From: Patescibacteria group bacterium
GTDB taxonomy: Bacteria > Patescibacteriota > Patescibacteriia > Patescibacteriales > WJLG01
Assembly: GCA_041652555.1 (NCBI GenBank)
Contig: JBAZHE010000001.1
Coordinates: 66,847 to 130,846, forward strand
Reading direction: 5' to 3'
Length of the DNA stretch: 64,000 bases
Part shown: one piece after another, positions 1 through 10,103 of the stretch
How the letters are laid out: every line of letters starts with the position of its first letter
Numbering within the stretch: the first letter of the stretch is position 1
The notes under the pieces: generated by a model
The model's database searches: none
The model's input: only the letters and a program-made list of their open reading frames with translations
What the model was told of the DNA's origin: nothing
Translations under genes and position numbers: made by a program

Positions 1-1
1 T

Positions 2-517
2 AACCCGAGTGATTTGTATAAAGTCGGTGATGAAATGAAGGCTGAGATTATTAATATTAACGGCTCCAAGATTTTCCTTTCCGCCAAAAAATTACAAGAA
101 GATCCTTGGGTGGAGGTGAGTAAGAAATATATTATCGGTCAGATTGTTAAAGGCAAGATTTTAAAAGTTAACCCGTTTGGTTTATTTGTGGAATTGGACG
201 AATTAATTCATGGCTTAGCCCACATCTCTCAACTTAATTTAGCCACTGGCGTAAAAATTGAAGACCTTTATAAACCTAACACCGAAATGGATTTTGAAAT
301 TTCTTCCATTGAACCAAAAGAACATCGTCTTGGTTTAATCATCCCTGGTACTGGAAAAAATGAAGAATCCGCTGAAAAGAAAGAAGAAGTTGCTGAAAAG
401 AAATCCTCCTACGCTAAAGCTACGGAGGACAAAGAGAAGAAAGCTAAAAAAGTTAAAGAGGAAAAATCCGCCGACACTGAAGTTGCAGAGGAAAAAGAAG
501 CGGAAGTTAAAGAATAA
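2..517 (+). CDS. S1 RNA-binding domain protein, C-terminal part (5' end outside window) with K/E-rich tail
   Basis: Frame is open from base 2. Two S1-like OB repeats (GQIVKGKILKVNPFGLFVEL...GLAHISQL), then a lysine/glutamate-rich tail. Confidence 0.7.
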   Translation, partial: NPSDLYKVGDEMKAEIININGSKIFLSAKKLQEDPWVEVSKKYIIGQIVKGKILKVNPFGLFVELDELIHGLAHISQLNLATGVKIEDLYKPNTEMDFEISSIEPKEHRLGLIIPGTGKNEESAEKKEEVAEKKSSYAKATEDKEKKAKKVKEEKSADTEVAEEKEAEVKE

Positions 518-539
518 TACTTGTGATAATATAAAAAAC

Positions 540-569
540 AAGACCCGCTGTAAAGGCGGGTCTTGTTTT
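540..569 (+). terminator. Rho-independent terminator
   Basis: Stem aagacccgc / gcgggtctt, loop tgtaaag, then gtttt. Confidence 0.8.
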
Positions 570-622
570 GACAAAACCCTATATTTTGTTATAGTATTAG
601 CACATAACAATTAATCTATTTT

Positions 623-2449
623 ATGAAAAATTTAATAAAGAATTTAGTGATTTTTTTGGCTATTTTTGTGGTTTTAACAGTAATTTTTGCCGCTTTCCAG
701 TCTTTAGAAGGAAAAAACAAAGATAAGGGTATTGGTTTAGGCGATTTGGCTTGGCAAGTTAATAATAATAATACAGAATTAATTTCCGTTGAAGGTTCAA
801 AAGTTACGGTAAAGTTAAAGGGTGGCGAGGAAAAAACCGTGCTTAAAGAAGACAGTGAATCTTTAACCGAGCTGTTAAAAAATCTCGGCGTGCCAGCGGA
901 GAAAATTTCTGCGGCCAATATAAAAATTAAAGAACGTTCCGGCTCAGATTTTTTCTTAACGATAATTCTTCCAATTTTGTTGCCATTTGCACTAATTGCT
1001 CTTTTTATTTATTTTATGATGCGGTCGGTTTCCGGCGCCAACAACAAGGCGATGATGTTTGGGCAATCCGGCGCTAAGGAATTCCGCAAAGAAGGAAAAG
1101 TGAAAGTGACCTTTAATGATGTGGCCGGTTCAGAAGAGGCGAAAGAAGAATTAAAAGAGGTAGTTGATTTTTTGAAGTCTCCGAAAAAATATAGTGATAT
1201 GGGGGCGCGCATTCCGCGCGGCTTCCTTTTGTTGGGTGCGCCAGGCACGGGTAAAACTTTAATGGCTAAGGCAGTGGCTGGTGAAGCTAATGTGCCGTTT
1301 TTTCATATTTCTGGTTCGGAGTTTGTGGAAATGTTTGTCGGCGTCGGTGCTTCCCGTGTTCGCGATTTATTTGCTCGTGCCAAGAAGAGCGCTCCTTGTA
1401 TAATTTTTGTGGATGAAATTGACGCTGTCGGCCGCCGCCGCGGTGCCGGCTTGGGCGGTTCGCATGATGAGCGCGAACAGACGTTAAACCAAATTCTCGT
1501 AGAGATGGATGGCTTTGAAAGCGGTACGAATATTATTGTTATCGCCGCGACTAATCGTCCCGATGTTCTTGACCCAGCCTTGTTACGCCCTGGGCGTTTT
1601 GACCGTCAGGTGGTTTTGGAAGTGCCGGACTTGAAAGAGCGTGAAGCGATTTTAAAAGTTCATTGCGATAAAAAACCTTTGTCCGCCGAAGTTGATTTAA
1701 AAAGAGTTGCTGGGCGCACTTCCGGATTTTCCGGCGCGGAATTGTCTAATCTTCTGAACGAAGCAGCGATTGCTACAGCTAAGGCCGGTGAGAAGGAAAT
1801 AAAAATACAGACGATTTTTGATTCTATTGAAAAAGTGATGATTGGGCCAGAAAGAAAAAGCCGTGTCGTTTCTGATAAGGAGAAAAAGATTACCGCCTAT
1901 CATGAGGCCGGACATGCTGTGGTTGCGCATAATTTGAAGAATATTGATCCGGTGCAAAAAATTTCTATTATTTCTCGCGGTCGTGCCGCCGGCTATACTT
2001 TGAAAACCCCGCAAGAAGATAAGCGTCTTCATTCTAAATCTGAATTTACAGAAGAATTGGCCGTCTTAGTGGCTGGACGCTTAGCCGAGAAAATATTTTT
2101 TAACGAAATAACCACCGGCGCGTCTTCTGATTTGCGCCACGCCACAGACATTGCTCGCGCTTTAGTGACAGAATATGGAATGAGCGACAAATTACCTTTG
2201 CGTACTTATGGCAATTCTGATGAATTGGTTTTCTTGGGCCGTGAAATGCACGAGGGCCGCGATTATAGCGAACGCACCGCCGAAGCGATCGACGCCGAGG
2301 TCGGCACTTTGGTTAACGAGGCCGTAAAAATTGCCACCGAAATTATTACCACTAAAAAAGCTGACATGGAAAAAATTGTCGCCGCCTTAATGAAAAGAGA
2401 AACCATGGAAAAAGCAGAATTTGAAGAAATCCTTGGAAAGAAAGAATAA
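623..2449 (+). CDS. ftsH: ATP-dependent zinc metalloprotease FtsH
   Basis: N-terminal TM segments, Walker [12 protein letters not shown]+ core, zinc motif HEAGHA. Confidence 0.95.
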   Translation: MKNLIKNLVIFLAIFVVLTVIFAAFQSLEGKNKDKGIGLGDLAWQVNNNNTELISVEGSKVTVKLKGGEEKTVLKEDSESLTELLKNLGVPAEKISAANIKIKERSGSDFFLTIILPILLPFALIALFIYFMMRSVSGANNKAMMFGQSGAKEFRKEGKVKVTFNDVAGSEEAKEELKEVVDFLKSPKKYSDMGARIPRGFLLLGAPGTGKTLMAKAVAGEANVPFFHISGSEFVEMFVGVGASRVRDLFARAKKSAPCIIFVDEIDAVGRRRGAGLGGSHDEREQTLNQILVEMDGFESGTNIIVIAATNRPDVLDPALLRPGRFDRQVVLEVPDLKEREAILKVHCDKKPLSAEVDLKRVAGRTSGFSGAELSNLLNEAAIATAKAGEKEIKIQTIFDSIEKVMIGPERKSRVVSDKEKKITAYHEAGHAVVAHNLKNIDPVQKISIISRGRAAGYTLKTPQEDKRLHSKSEFTEELAVLVAGRLAEKIFFNEITTGASSDLRHATDIARALVTEYGMSDKLPLRTYGNSDELVFLGREMHEGRDYSERTAEAIDAEVGTLVNEAVKIATEIITTKKADMEKIVAALMKRETMEKAEFEEILGKKE

Positions 2450-2450
2450 A

Positions 2451-3110
2451 ATGAAATTTGATGTTATTACAATTTTTCCGGAGATTTTGGACTCTTATTT
2501 TAGTGAGGGGATAGTTGGGCGTGCTTTGAAGAACAAAAAAATTAAGATTAAGGTGCATAATTTGCGAGATTGGACTACTGACAATCACAAGACAGTTGAT
2601 GATTCTCCTTATGGTGGCGGTGCGGGGATGGTTATGAAGGTTGAGCCTATTTATAAAGCTTTGAAACAGGTGGCAAAAAAGAAAAATAAAAAGCAAAAAG
2701 TTGTTTTGCTTTCCGCTAAAGGTAAGACTTGGAATCAGAAAAAGGCTAGAGAATATTCTAAATTAGATAGTATAATTTTTGTTTGCGGACGTTATGAAGG
2801 TGTTGATGAGAGAATTTTGAATTTTATTGACGAAGAGGTTTCCATTGGTGATTATGTTTTAACTGGCGGAGAATTGGGTGTAGCTGTGATGATTGATTCT
2901 ATAACTCGTTTATTACCTGGAGTATTAGGAAACGAAGAAAGCGCTATAGCCGAATCGCATTCCGAAGAAGGAGTCTTGGAATATCCACAATATACGCGAC
3001 CAGAAATTTTAAAAATTGGTGCAAAAAAATATAAAGTACCAGAAGTTCTTTTAAAAGGAAATCATAAAGAAATCAATAAATGGCGAGAAGAAAACAAGAA
3101 GAGTAGATAG
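2451..3110 (+). CDS. trmD: tRNA (guanine37-N1)-methyltransferase TrmD
   Basis: MKFDVITIFPE...DDSPYGGGAGMVM is typical of TrmD. ATG at 2451 directly follows the ftsH stop; the ORF-track start at 2421 overlaps ftsH. Confidence 0.92.
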   Translation: MKFDVITIFPEILDSYFSEGIVGRALKNKKIKIKVHNLRDWTTDNHKTVDDSPYGGGAGMVMKVEPIYKALKQVAKKKNKKQKVVLLSAKGKTWNQKKAREYSKLDSIIFVCGRYEGVDERILNFIDEEVSIGDYVLTGGELGVAVMIDSITRLLPGVLGNEESAIAESHSEEGVLEYPQYTRPEILKIGAKKYKVPEVLLKGNHKEINKWREENKKSR

Positions 3111-3123
3111 AAAGGCGGTTGTA

Positions 3124-3372
3124 ATGGAATTTAGATGTAGTTTAAAGGCTCTATTCAAAATGAGAAAGATTATGTCTCGGTTAACAGGGAAACCAGAAAA
3201 TGAAATCAAATTTCAAGATAGTTTGCCGAGAGGGATGATATTTTTCGAAATAATGGGAGAGCTTGAAGAATGTTTTAGTTGGAGTTTTAAGTACTCAAAA
3301 ATTCTCACAGAAAGGGTTATGACTGTTTCCAGCCTAATCCACTACTTAAATAGTGTCGGTTGCTCTTTTTGA
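3124..3372 (+). CDS. Small hypothetical protein, possibly carrier-protein-like (DSL motif)
   Basis: 82-aa ORF. FQDSLPRGMIFFEIMGELEECF faintly resembles the ACP Ser-attachment helix. Weak hairpin plus T-run downstream. Start uncertain. Confidence 0.3.
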   Translation: MEFRCSLKALFKMRKIMSRLTGKPENEIKFQDSLPRGMIFFEIMGELEECFSWSFKYSKILTERVMTVSSLIHYLNSVGCSF

Positions 3373-3504
3373 GGTTGTTATTCTGGGGCTGTGATTTTAT
3401 CCGGCCCTTTTTTTATTTTGTCAGGAAAAGTATTTTAAGTTAAAATTAAAAATAATGTAATTGCCTGCTGGATTGATGTTGCGAAAATATATTTTAACAG
3501 TAAT

Positions 3505-3534
3505 AGATTCCTTGTTTCGCTGCGGGATGACAAA
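3505..3534. repeat. Degenerate half-copy of the dRS3/NIME-like element
   Basis: agattccttgtttcgctgcgggatgacaaa resembles the right half ctggattcccgccttcgcggggatgacaaa at 57250..57279. Confidence 0.45.
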
Positions 3535-4530
3535 TTAGATTATTTCCCAGCCGGTTTCTGTTTTAATAATACTTCCGTTTAATCGGAAGGCGGCGGCTTT
3601 TTTGTGGCCGCCGCCACCTAGTTTTTCGGCTAAGAGGGCGACGTTGATTTCGGGGAGTTTTGATCTTAAGCTTCCACGAACCACTCCTTTTTCTTCCTCT
3701 CTTAAAAATAAAGAGCCTTTTATTCCGTCTAAGTTGGTTATAATATCAGAGATAGCATCAAAGGCGCTATCTTCACCAAATTCTTTCTTTAGCTCAACAA
3801 CTTCCTCGTAAGTGAAAACTGAGCAAACTAAGTCGTATTTTTCATTGATGTATAGTTTTTCTAAAGCACGACCGATTATTTTCATAGCAGCGACTGATTT
3901 GCCTTCGTTGTTGCGCTTAATAATTTTGGGCATAGCCGCGCCGCGTAATAAAAGAGCTGAGGAAATTTTTACAGTTTCTTCGTTGACTGAACTGAAAAGC
4001 AAATTGCCGGTGTCAGTCATTATTCCGGCCAAAAGGCAATTGGCAGCTTTTTGCCCGATTTGAATATTATTGACAGTGAAAAAAAGATAAATAATTTCTG
4101 CGGCCGAAGAATGTTGGGGCAGGCGGATTTCCAGGTCGGAATAATTATCGGTTGGCGGGTGATGGTCGAATTCTAAAATAGTCTGATTTGATTTTTTTTG
4201 GACGATTTCATCAGCCAAACCGGTGCGCGTCAGAGCGCTACAATCAACTATAATAATTAAGTCAAAAGAAAAAAAATTAAATTTTTTTTTAGAGGTTATT
4301 TTTTTAAAATTCGGCAGAAAAGAAAAATGTTCCGGTGCTTGGTCGGCACAGAAAAGGTGGTAATTTTTACCAAGCTTATCTAGTAAGAGTGACAGAGCGC
4401 ACATTGAAGCTAGCCCGTCGCCGTCCGGCCGGATATGGGTGGCGACTAGGATGTTTTTCGCACTGCGAATTTTTTCTAGCGCTTGTTGAAATTTTTTAGT
4501 TAGGATTTCTTCGTTCATTTTTTGTGTCAT
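3535..4530 (-). CDS. nrnA: DHH/DHHA1 phosphoesterase (NrnA-like oligoribonuclease/pAp phosphatase)
   Basis: DGDGLAS, EFDHHPP and GGGGHKKAAAF motifs. An alternative start (MNEEIL, ATG complement ending at 4518) would sit outside the repeat element. Confidence 0.8.
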   Translation of the reverse strand: MTQKMNEEILTKKFQQALEKIRSAKNILVATHIRPDGDGLASMCALSLLLDKLGKNYHLFCADQAPEHFSFLPNFKKITSKKKFNFFSFDLIIIVDCSALTRTGLADEIVQKKSNQTILEFDHHPPTDNYSDLEIRLPQHSSAAEIIYLFFTVNNIQIGQKAANCLLAGIMTDTGNLLFSSVNEETVKISSALLLRGAAMPKIIKRNNEGKSVAAMKIIGRALEKLYINEKYDLVCSVFTYEEVVELKKEFGEDSAFDAISDIITNLDGIKGSLFLREEEKGVVRGSLRSKLPEINVALLAEKLGGGGHKKAAAFRLNGSIIKTETGWEII

Positions 4531-4596
4531 GCTGGCGAAGGCTGGTATCCAGTTTTACATAAGGACTATGGATCCCGGCCTTCGCCAGGATGACAC
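4524..4596. repeat. dRS3/NIME-like palindromic element, divergent copy (a)
   Basis: gtgtcatGCTGGCgaagGCTGGTatccag - 17 nt - ggatCCCGGCcttcGCCAGGatgacac. The left and right halves are mutually complementary. Confidence 0.7.
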
Positions 4597-4647
4597 CGTA
4601 GTTATATATTAAATGAATTATAAAGCATTTTTGGAAATTTGAAACTA

Positions 4648-4679
4648 TTGACAAAAGATAATTTAATATGTATTATAAT
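4648..4679 (+). promoter_or_regulatory. Sigma70-like promoter
   Basis: TTGACA (4648..4653), 17 nt, TATTAT, with TATAAT overlapping. Lies upstream of the 4740 ORF, which has an AAGGAG SD. Confidence 0.55.
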
Positions 4680-4739
4680 TATGGTTGCCAAATGAGTGTT
4701 TGGTAATTTTTGTTCATTTAATCAACAAGGAGTGAGCAC

Positions 4740-5084
4740 ATGTCTTTTTCTGGAGCAACTATCTTAGAAGGATCAGCCAATCGTACTGTCAATTTTTTTT
4801 ATGGGATTCGCGAAGTAAGCGAGGTTGGTAATGGTTTAACGATTAATCAATTCAAGGTATTAGCAAAAAAGGTATTGCTCAGTAATCATGCGGAAATCAA
4901 CGTGTTGATTGCAAAAGCTGAAAGAATATTTCCCAAAGAAATGGCTGGTTTCGATAATCTTTTATATATTCTTCATTCAGTGAAACGCAATTCGGTTGGT
5001 CTGTCCGGTAGCGATTATGAAAGACTTTTAAATAGGTCTTTCCGAAGGGCTGGTGCCAAACCGCACTTACCATTTTACAATTAA
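4740..5084 (+). CDS. Hypothetical protein
   Basis: 114-aa ORF with AAGGAG SD, own promoter and terminator. No motif recognised. Confidence 0.6.
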   Translation: MSFSGATILEGSANRTVNFFYGIREVSEVGNGLTINQFKVLAKKVLLSNHAEINVLIAKAERIFPKEMAGFDNLLYILHSVKRNSVGLSGSDYERLLNRSFRRAGAKPHLPFYN

Positions 5085-5097
5085 TTCTGTCTTATAG

Positions 5098-5127
5098 AGG
5101 TCGTCTCTCGTGCGGCGACCTTTTTTC
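5098..5127 (+). terminator. Rho-independent terminator
   Basis: aggtcgtc ... ggcgacct followed by tttttt. Confidence 0.7.
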
Positions 5128-5134
5128 ATGTCAA

Positions 5135-5163
5135 AAAATCACCTTTTTAAAAAAGGTGATTTT
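5135..5163 (-). terminator. Hairpin terminator at the end of rbfA
   Basis: aaaatcaccttttt / aaaaaggtgatttt palindrome, with A/T runs on both sides. Confidence 0.6.
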
Positions 5164-5545
5164 ATTTGTATTCTACTTCTTCCAGTTTGTCTATTTCTTC
5201 ATCTAGCATGGTTTCTATTTTTTTCATTTCTTCAAAGGCCTTATTCATAACGTTCACCTTTTTTTCTGTAGAGTCAAAATTCCATAGGAGCTTTGGTACT
5301 TTGCGAAAACGCATACGGTTTTTTAGTAACTTGGCGATATCAATAGAAGAAGTGCGCAGTTTTTCTAAAGCCGAACCAACGATATTGTCTGGTAAAACAG
5401 AGATATAAATTTTGGCTGTGGAAAAATTTGGATCACAGTTTACACTGGAAACAGTAATTAAACCGTCATAAAAATCAACCACTTCTTCTATGGCCAGGGC
5501 GATTTCTTTTCGTAGAGTTTCATTTAGGCGATCGATGTTCGGCAT
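5162..5545 (-). CDS. rbfA: Ribosome-binding factor A
   Basis: RbfA-like sequence (LRKEIALAIEE...AKIYISV...RFRKVPKL) immediately downstream of infB. Confidence 0.9.
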   Translation of the reverse strand: MPNIDRLNETLRKEIALAIEEVVDFYDGLITVSSVNCDPNFSTAKIYISVLPDNIVGSALEKLRTSSIDIAKLLKNRMRFRKVPKLLWNFDSTEKKVNVMNKAFEEMKKIETMLDEEIDKLEEVEYK

Positions 5546-7533
5546 TATAGTTTTGTAGTAATTTCTTTTTCTTCGTAAAACTGAACGATATCACCGACTT
5601 CAATTATCGGCTTGCCTTCGTATTGAATACCACACTCCTGGTCTTGTTCAACTGTCGGCACATCCATTTTTCCGGCTTGCACTTTAGTGACACGGCCGAT
5701 AGCGACAAGATCTTTGTTGCGTAAAACTTCTACTGGACAGTCATTTTTTATTTGTCCGTCCAGAACTTTGCCACCGACCACTTGGCTTTTATTCTCCGTG
5801 CGAAAAATCGCCAAAACTTTCAAGCGTCCGAGGTTGATACGCTCCTTGTTTTGGGGCATTATTTTTTGCATTTCGTCCTTGACGTATTTGATGAGATCGT
5901 AAATAATGGTAAAAGTTTTTGCTTCAACTTTTCTTTCGCGTAACAATGTTTCTATTTGCGGTGAAAGCCTGATATTGAAGCCAATTAGTTTAGCATCCGA
6001 CCCTTCGGCGCGAGTAATGTCGCCCTCGGTGATATTTCCTAAGCCCTTGCTAACAATTTTAACCATCACTTCCTCGGTATTTAGTTTCATCAGCGATTCT
6101 TCAATGGCTTCAGCCGAACCTAAAACATCACTTTTGATTATCAAATTTAATTTTTTGGCATTGTCGTTTTCAGCCTCTTCGCGGGCGGCCGAAGCAAGGA
6201 TTGGGCGGGCGGCTAATTTTTCTAAACCGCCTTTTACTCTTTCGCCTTCGCCGACTTCCACGACATCGCCAACGGCTGGTGCTATTTTGATGCCTAAAAT
6301 TCTCACCGGAGTAGAGGGAGTAGCTTCTTTTATTTCTTCACCTTTATAATTTTTTAGCGAACGGGCTTTGCCGATTATTTTTCCTTGCAAAATTATTTGG
6401 TCGCCGACACGTAAGGTGCCGTTTTGTACTAAGAGAGTAGAAATCGGTCCGGAATTTTTATCAACGCGTGACTCAATGATTGTGCCGATGGCATCAGAGT
6501 TGGGGTTGGCTTTCATGTTTTTTGCTTCAGCATCAGCGGTTAAGAGGATTAAATCTAAAAGTTCGTCAATACCAGTTCCGTTTAAGGCGGAGATTGGTGC
6601 ACAAACAGCTTTTCCGCCCCAGTCTTCGGGGAGGATATTTAATTTGTTTACCAAATCTTGTTTGGCTTTATTTAAGTCGGCAGTGGGGCGGTCAACTTTA
6701 TTGATGGCGACGATAAATGGTAGTCCGGCGGCTTGGATTATTTTGTAGGCCTCAATTGTTTGTGGTTGGACGCCGTCATCGGCGGCTACAACCAAAATTG
6801 CCACATCGGCGATTTTGGCGCCGCGTGAGCGCATAGCAGTAAAGGCTTCGTGTCCGGGGGTGTCAACAAAAGTTATCGGGCGGTTTTTGCGTACGACCTG
6901 ATAGGCGCCGATATGTTGGGTGATGCCACCGGCTTCTCCAGCCACAACATCGGTTTTGCGGATAGCATCCAAGAGTTTGGTTTTGCCATGATCTACGTGG
7001 CCCATAACGACAATTACCGGAGGACGGATGGATAAATTGCCTTCATTCTCTTGGTTTAAATTTTCTTCAACCTTTTTGTCATTATGAGTTTCTTTTTCTT
7101 CGTCAAGATTTTGTTTTTCGTCTAGTTGGATGTCAAAATTTAAGCTGTCGCCGATAATGGCGGCGGTATCAAAATCAATCCTTTCATTGATAGAGGCAAA
7201 AACGCCATTTTTCATTAATTCGGCCAAAACTTTATTAATCGGCAAGTTGGCTAAAGTGGCAAAGTCGCGCACGGCTAAAAGAGAGGGGATTTTTATGATT
7301 TTTTTCTCTGGGACCGCATCTTCAATTGCAATAACTTTTTCTTTGTCTATATTTTGAAAATCAGCTTGTTGAAGTTTGCGCACCAAAAAAGGCCATTCGC
7401 GTAAAATTCTCTGTGCCATCACCAAATCAATTTTAATGGCTTTTTGCCCAATATCAAACCCCAGCTTCGGGAGTTTTTCCCGCAGGTCGTTTGGGGTGAT
7501 TTTTAGAATTCTAGCGAGTTCAGTTACATTCAT
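5545..7533 (-). CDS. infB: Translation initiation factor IF-2
   Basis: GTPase motifs [13 protein letters not shown] and NKVD, plus the conserved IF-2 C-terminal domains. Confidence 0.95.
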   Translation of the reverse strand: MNVTELARILKITPNDLREKLPKLGFDIGQKAIKIDLVMAQRILREWPFLVRKLQQADFQNIDKEKVIAIEDAVPEKKIIKIPSLLAVRDFATLANLPINKVLAELMKNGVFASINERIDFDTAAIIGDSLNFDIQLDEKQNLDEEKETHNDKKVEENLNQENEGNLSIRPPVIVVMGHVDHGKTKLLDAIRKTDVVAGEAGGITQHIGAYQVVRKNRPITFVDTPGHEAFTAMRSRGAKIADVAILVVAADDGVQPQTIEAYKIIQAAGLPFIVAINKVDRPTADLNKAKQDLVNKLNILPEDWGGKAVCAPISALNGTGIDELLDLILLTADAEAKNMKANPNSDAIGTIIESRVDKNSGPISTLLVQNGTLRVGDQIILQGKIIGKARSLKNYKGEEIKEATPSTPVRILGIKIAPAVGDVVEVGEGERVKGGLEKLAARPILASAAREEAENDNAKKLNLIIKSDVLGSAEAIEESLMKLNTEEVMVKIVSKGLGNITEGDITRAEGSDAKLIGFNIRLSPQIETLLRERKVEAKTFTIIYDLIKYVKDEMQKIMPQNKERINLGRLKVLAIFRTENKSQVVGGKVLDGQIKNDCPVEVLRNKDLVAIGRVTKVQAGKMDVPTVEQDQECGIQYEGKPIIEVGDIVQFYEEKEITTKL

Positions 7534-7785
7534 AGTTTTTGTATAAAATAAAAATCCCTTTTAAGAATTGTTTTAATCTTACCGCTTTTTTTTTATTAAG
7601 TCAAATAATGCTAAGGATTTCGTACACTTCTTTTTTATCCACAGTTGCGGGGAGCTTGAAAATTTATTATAATATAATTTTGAAAGTAATTTACTAATTT
7701 ATAAGTTTGGAGGTAATTATAAATTTTTATTTTTTATTTTGCGGAAATAGTAAATCGTTATTTATTTTCAAACAGTAAACAATTT

Positions 7786-9123
7786 ATGCATCAAAGGGGG
7801 AGAAAGTTAGTGCCTGGATTTTTATTTTTAGGCATTTTTTTGTTGACAAATTTATTTTACGGCGGTTTTGAAGTCAATGAGGCCAAGGCTGGTTTAGCTA
7901 ATCATGTGGTTATAAACGAGGTTAGTATTGACGGCGTGATCGGAACGGGTGGATCAGAAGACGATTGGGTGGAGTTGTATAATCCGACCGACGAGTCGGT
8001 TGATCTTAGTGGTTGGTCAATACAAAAAACCGCCGGCAGTGGTTCCTCGGCTTCTAAAGTGGCTTTAAGCGGAGTTATTCCGGCCAATAATTATTTTTTG
8101 ATTGTCCGTAATGGTGCCTCTACGGTAGCGTCTTTGCGTTCTATTGCCAATATTTTAGTAAGTAGCTCATTTTCTTTGTCAGCTGGAAATATTATTTATT
8201 TAGTGAATGATAATGAAAAAATTTCTAGCACCACCAATCCCTATCTTGATGAAAATATAGTGGATTTTGTCGGTTTCGGCGTAGCTTCTTTTTTTGAAGG
8301 AAATTTAGCCGCTCCGGCCATTCCTGAAGCTCAAAGTATAGCGAGAATTCCGGCCGGCGAGGATACGGATGAAAATTCCGTTGATTTTCAAATACAGAAC
8401 ATTCCTACGCCGACTAACTCTTCTTTAAGTAATGACAATAGTGATATCGGCGGCACAGTGCTTTTAACTGTTGCCTTAGAGTCTGACCCTGTGCGAAACA
8501 TTAGTACTGCCGGTGCGGAAATATTTTTTCAAGTAAACTCTATTGGTAATGCTTTGGTTTATTATGGGCTGGATGAATCCTATGGGAATTCTACTGGCTT
8601 GGAATTGGTTTCTGCTAATACTGTTGAAACCATTGCTATAGATGGCTTGACTTGCGACACAAGCTATTTTTATGCGGTTCGCGCAGAAAATTTAGACAGC
8701 ACTGAAAATGATCAAACTGAAAATTCTACTTTTACTACTTTGCCTTGCGGTATTGTTATTGATTCTTTAGTTATGACTAAAACTTCAGCCAAAGCAGATG
8801 ACCAGTACGGTGACGGTTGGCAATGGGAATTTAATATAACTATTTGGGATATGCTAGAAACTTCTTTGAAGATGAAATTTGATCAATGGACCGGCGCTGG
8901 GAGTTTAGCCGCTGGAAATAATATGCAATATTCGGTTGATGAAGGGGAGAACTGGGTGAGTATAGAAGATGATGGAGTTTATCCGGAGGTCGGCGCTGAT
9001 ATAGAAAATATTGATATGAGCACTACTGACGGTCGGCAAGTGAAAATTTTGGTTAGAATGAAAGTTCCCTTTGGCACTTCAGCCGGATATTATGACTCTA
9101 GTTATGGGATATTAACAGAATAG
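7786..9123 (+). CDS. Secreted lamin-tail-domain (LTD) protein
   Basis: Signal/TM segment, then VVINEVSIDG...DDWVELYNPTDESVDLSGWSI, typical of LTD. An alternative GTG start at 7810 follows a GGGGGAG SD. Confidence 0.8.
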   Translation: MHQRGRKLVPGFLFLGIFLLTNLFYGGFEVNEAKAGLANHVVINEVSIDGVIGTGGSEDDWVELYNPTDESVDLSGWSIQKTAGSGSSASKVALSGVIPANNYFLIVRNGASTVASLRSIANILVSSSFSLSAGNIIYLVNDNEKISSTTNPYLDENIVDFVGFGVASFFEGNLAAPAIPEAQSIARIPAGEDTDENSVDFQIQNIPTPTNSSLSNDNSDIGGTVLLTVALESDPVRNISTAGAEIFFQVNSIGNALVYYGLDESYGNSTGLELVSANTVETIAIDGLTCDTSYFYAVRAENLDSTENDQTENSTFTTLPCGIVIDSLVMTKTSAKADDQYGDGWQWEFNITIWDMLETSLKMKFDQWTGAGSLAAGNNMQYSVDEGENWVSIEDDGVYPEVGADIENIDMSTTDGRQVKILVRMKVPFGTSAGYYDSSYGILTE

Positions 9124-9124
9124 T

Positions 9125-9400
9125 ATGGCCAGATTTTTAATTATTTTATTTATAATATTTCTTTTTCCTGTGCAGATTCGGGCGTCAGAGATTACCGGAA
9201 GAATAAGCACAAATCCGAAAAAAAGTGATTTTGTCAGTTCCAATTTTAATAATGCTGGGAATGAGAGTGGTACAAAAGAAGTTAAGGGAATAAAAATAAC
9301 AAACGAAGCAAAAAGGAATATTTGGCAAAATATTTATTCTCTCCTTGTAAGGTTTGTGAAGTTTATTATAGGTATTGTTGCTTTGCCTTGGCGGATTTGA
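9125..9400 (+). CDS. Small secreted/membrane hypothetical protein
   Basis: 91-aa ORF with a signal-like N-terminus (LIILFIIFLFPVQIRA), tightly following the LTD gene. Confidence 0.45.
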   Translation: MARFLIILFIIFLFPVQIRASEITGRISTNPKKSDFVSSNFNNAGNESGTKEVKGIKITNEAKRNIWQNIYSLLVRFVKFIIGIVALPWRI

Positions 9401-9455
9401 TAGAAAAGAGTTTAATAAAAAAAGAGAATGGTTTAATCCGTTCTCTTTTTGTAAT

Positions 9456-10094
9456 TTAAAAATATTTTAGTAATATTGTTACTGGTTTAAAAGTCTTTCG
9501 GTGAATTTCGCAGGGGCCGAATTGTTTTAAGGCTTCCATGTGAAATTTTGTTCCATAGCCGGCGTGTTTAGCGAAACCGTATTGCGGATATTTTTTGTCG
9601 TATTCATCCATAAGGCGGTCGCGCGTTACCTTGGCAACAATAGAAGCGGCGGCAATAGAAAAAATCAGCGCGTCGCCATTAATGATCGCTTCTTGGCGTA
9701 AGCTTAAATTTGGTATAGGGAATTTTCCATCCACCAAAAGAATATCCGGTTTGGATTTTAAATTTCCCAAAGCCATTTTCATCGCCAAAAATGTCGCTTG
9801 TAAAATATTTATCCGATCAATGGTTTGATGATTAACAACGCCAACACCAATTTCAAAAAAATTTTCTTTAATAATATCAAAAAGTTCTTCGCGTTTTTTG
9901 GCGGATATTTTCTTGGAATCGTTAATACCTTTTAATTTTTCTAATTTGACAGAATCAAGAAGTATTTCCGGATTCAAAACTGCCACTGCCGCCACAACCG
10001 GCCCAGCCAAAGGTCCACGCCCAGCCTCATCTAGTCCAGCTACTAATTTAAAACCCTGCATAAAAAGTGAATTTTCTTTATTGATTTCTAGCAT
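9456..10094 (-). CDS. rnhB: Ribonuclease HII
   Basis: GLDEAGRGPLAGPVVAAA and DSKK motifs. Confidence 0.92.
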   Translation of the reverse strand: MLEINKENSLFMQGFKLVAGLDEAGRGPLAGPVVAAVAVLNPEILLDSVKLEKLKGINDSKKISAKKREELFDIIKENFFEIGVGVVNHQTIDRINILQATFLAMKMALGNLKSKPDILLVDGKFPIPNLSLRQEAIINGDALIFSIAAASIVAKVTRDRLMDEYDKKYPQYGFAKHAGYGTKFHMEALKQFGPCEIHRKTFKPVTILLKYF

Positions 10095-10103
10095 AAGCGA
10101 ATT

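Noticed and set aside
3124-3372. Assigning the 82-aa ORF as an acyl carrier protein
   Set aside because: The only evidence is a DSL tripeptide in a helix-like context. No neighbouring fatty-acid or polyketide genes support it. It is kept as a low-confidence hypothetical CDS.
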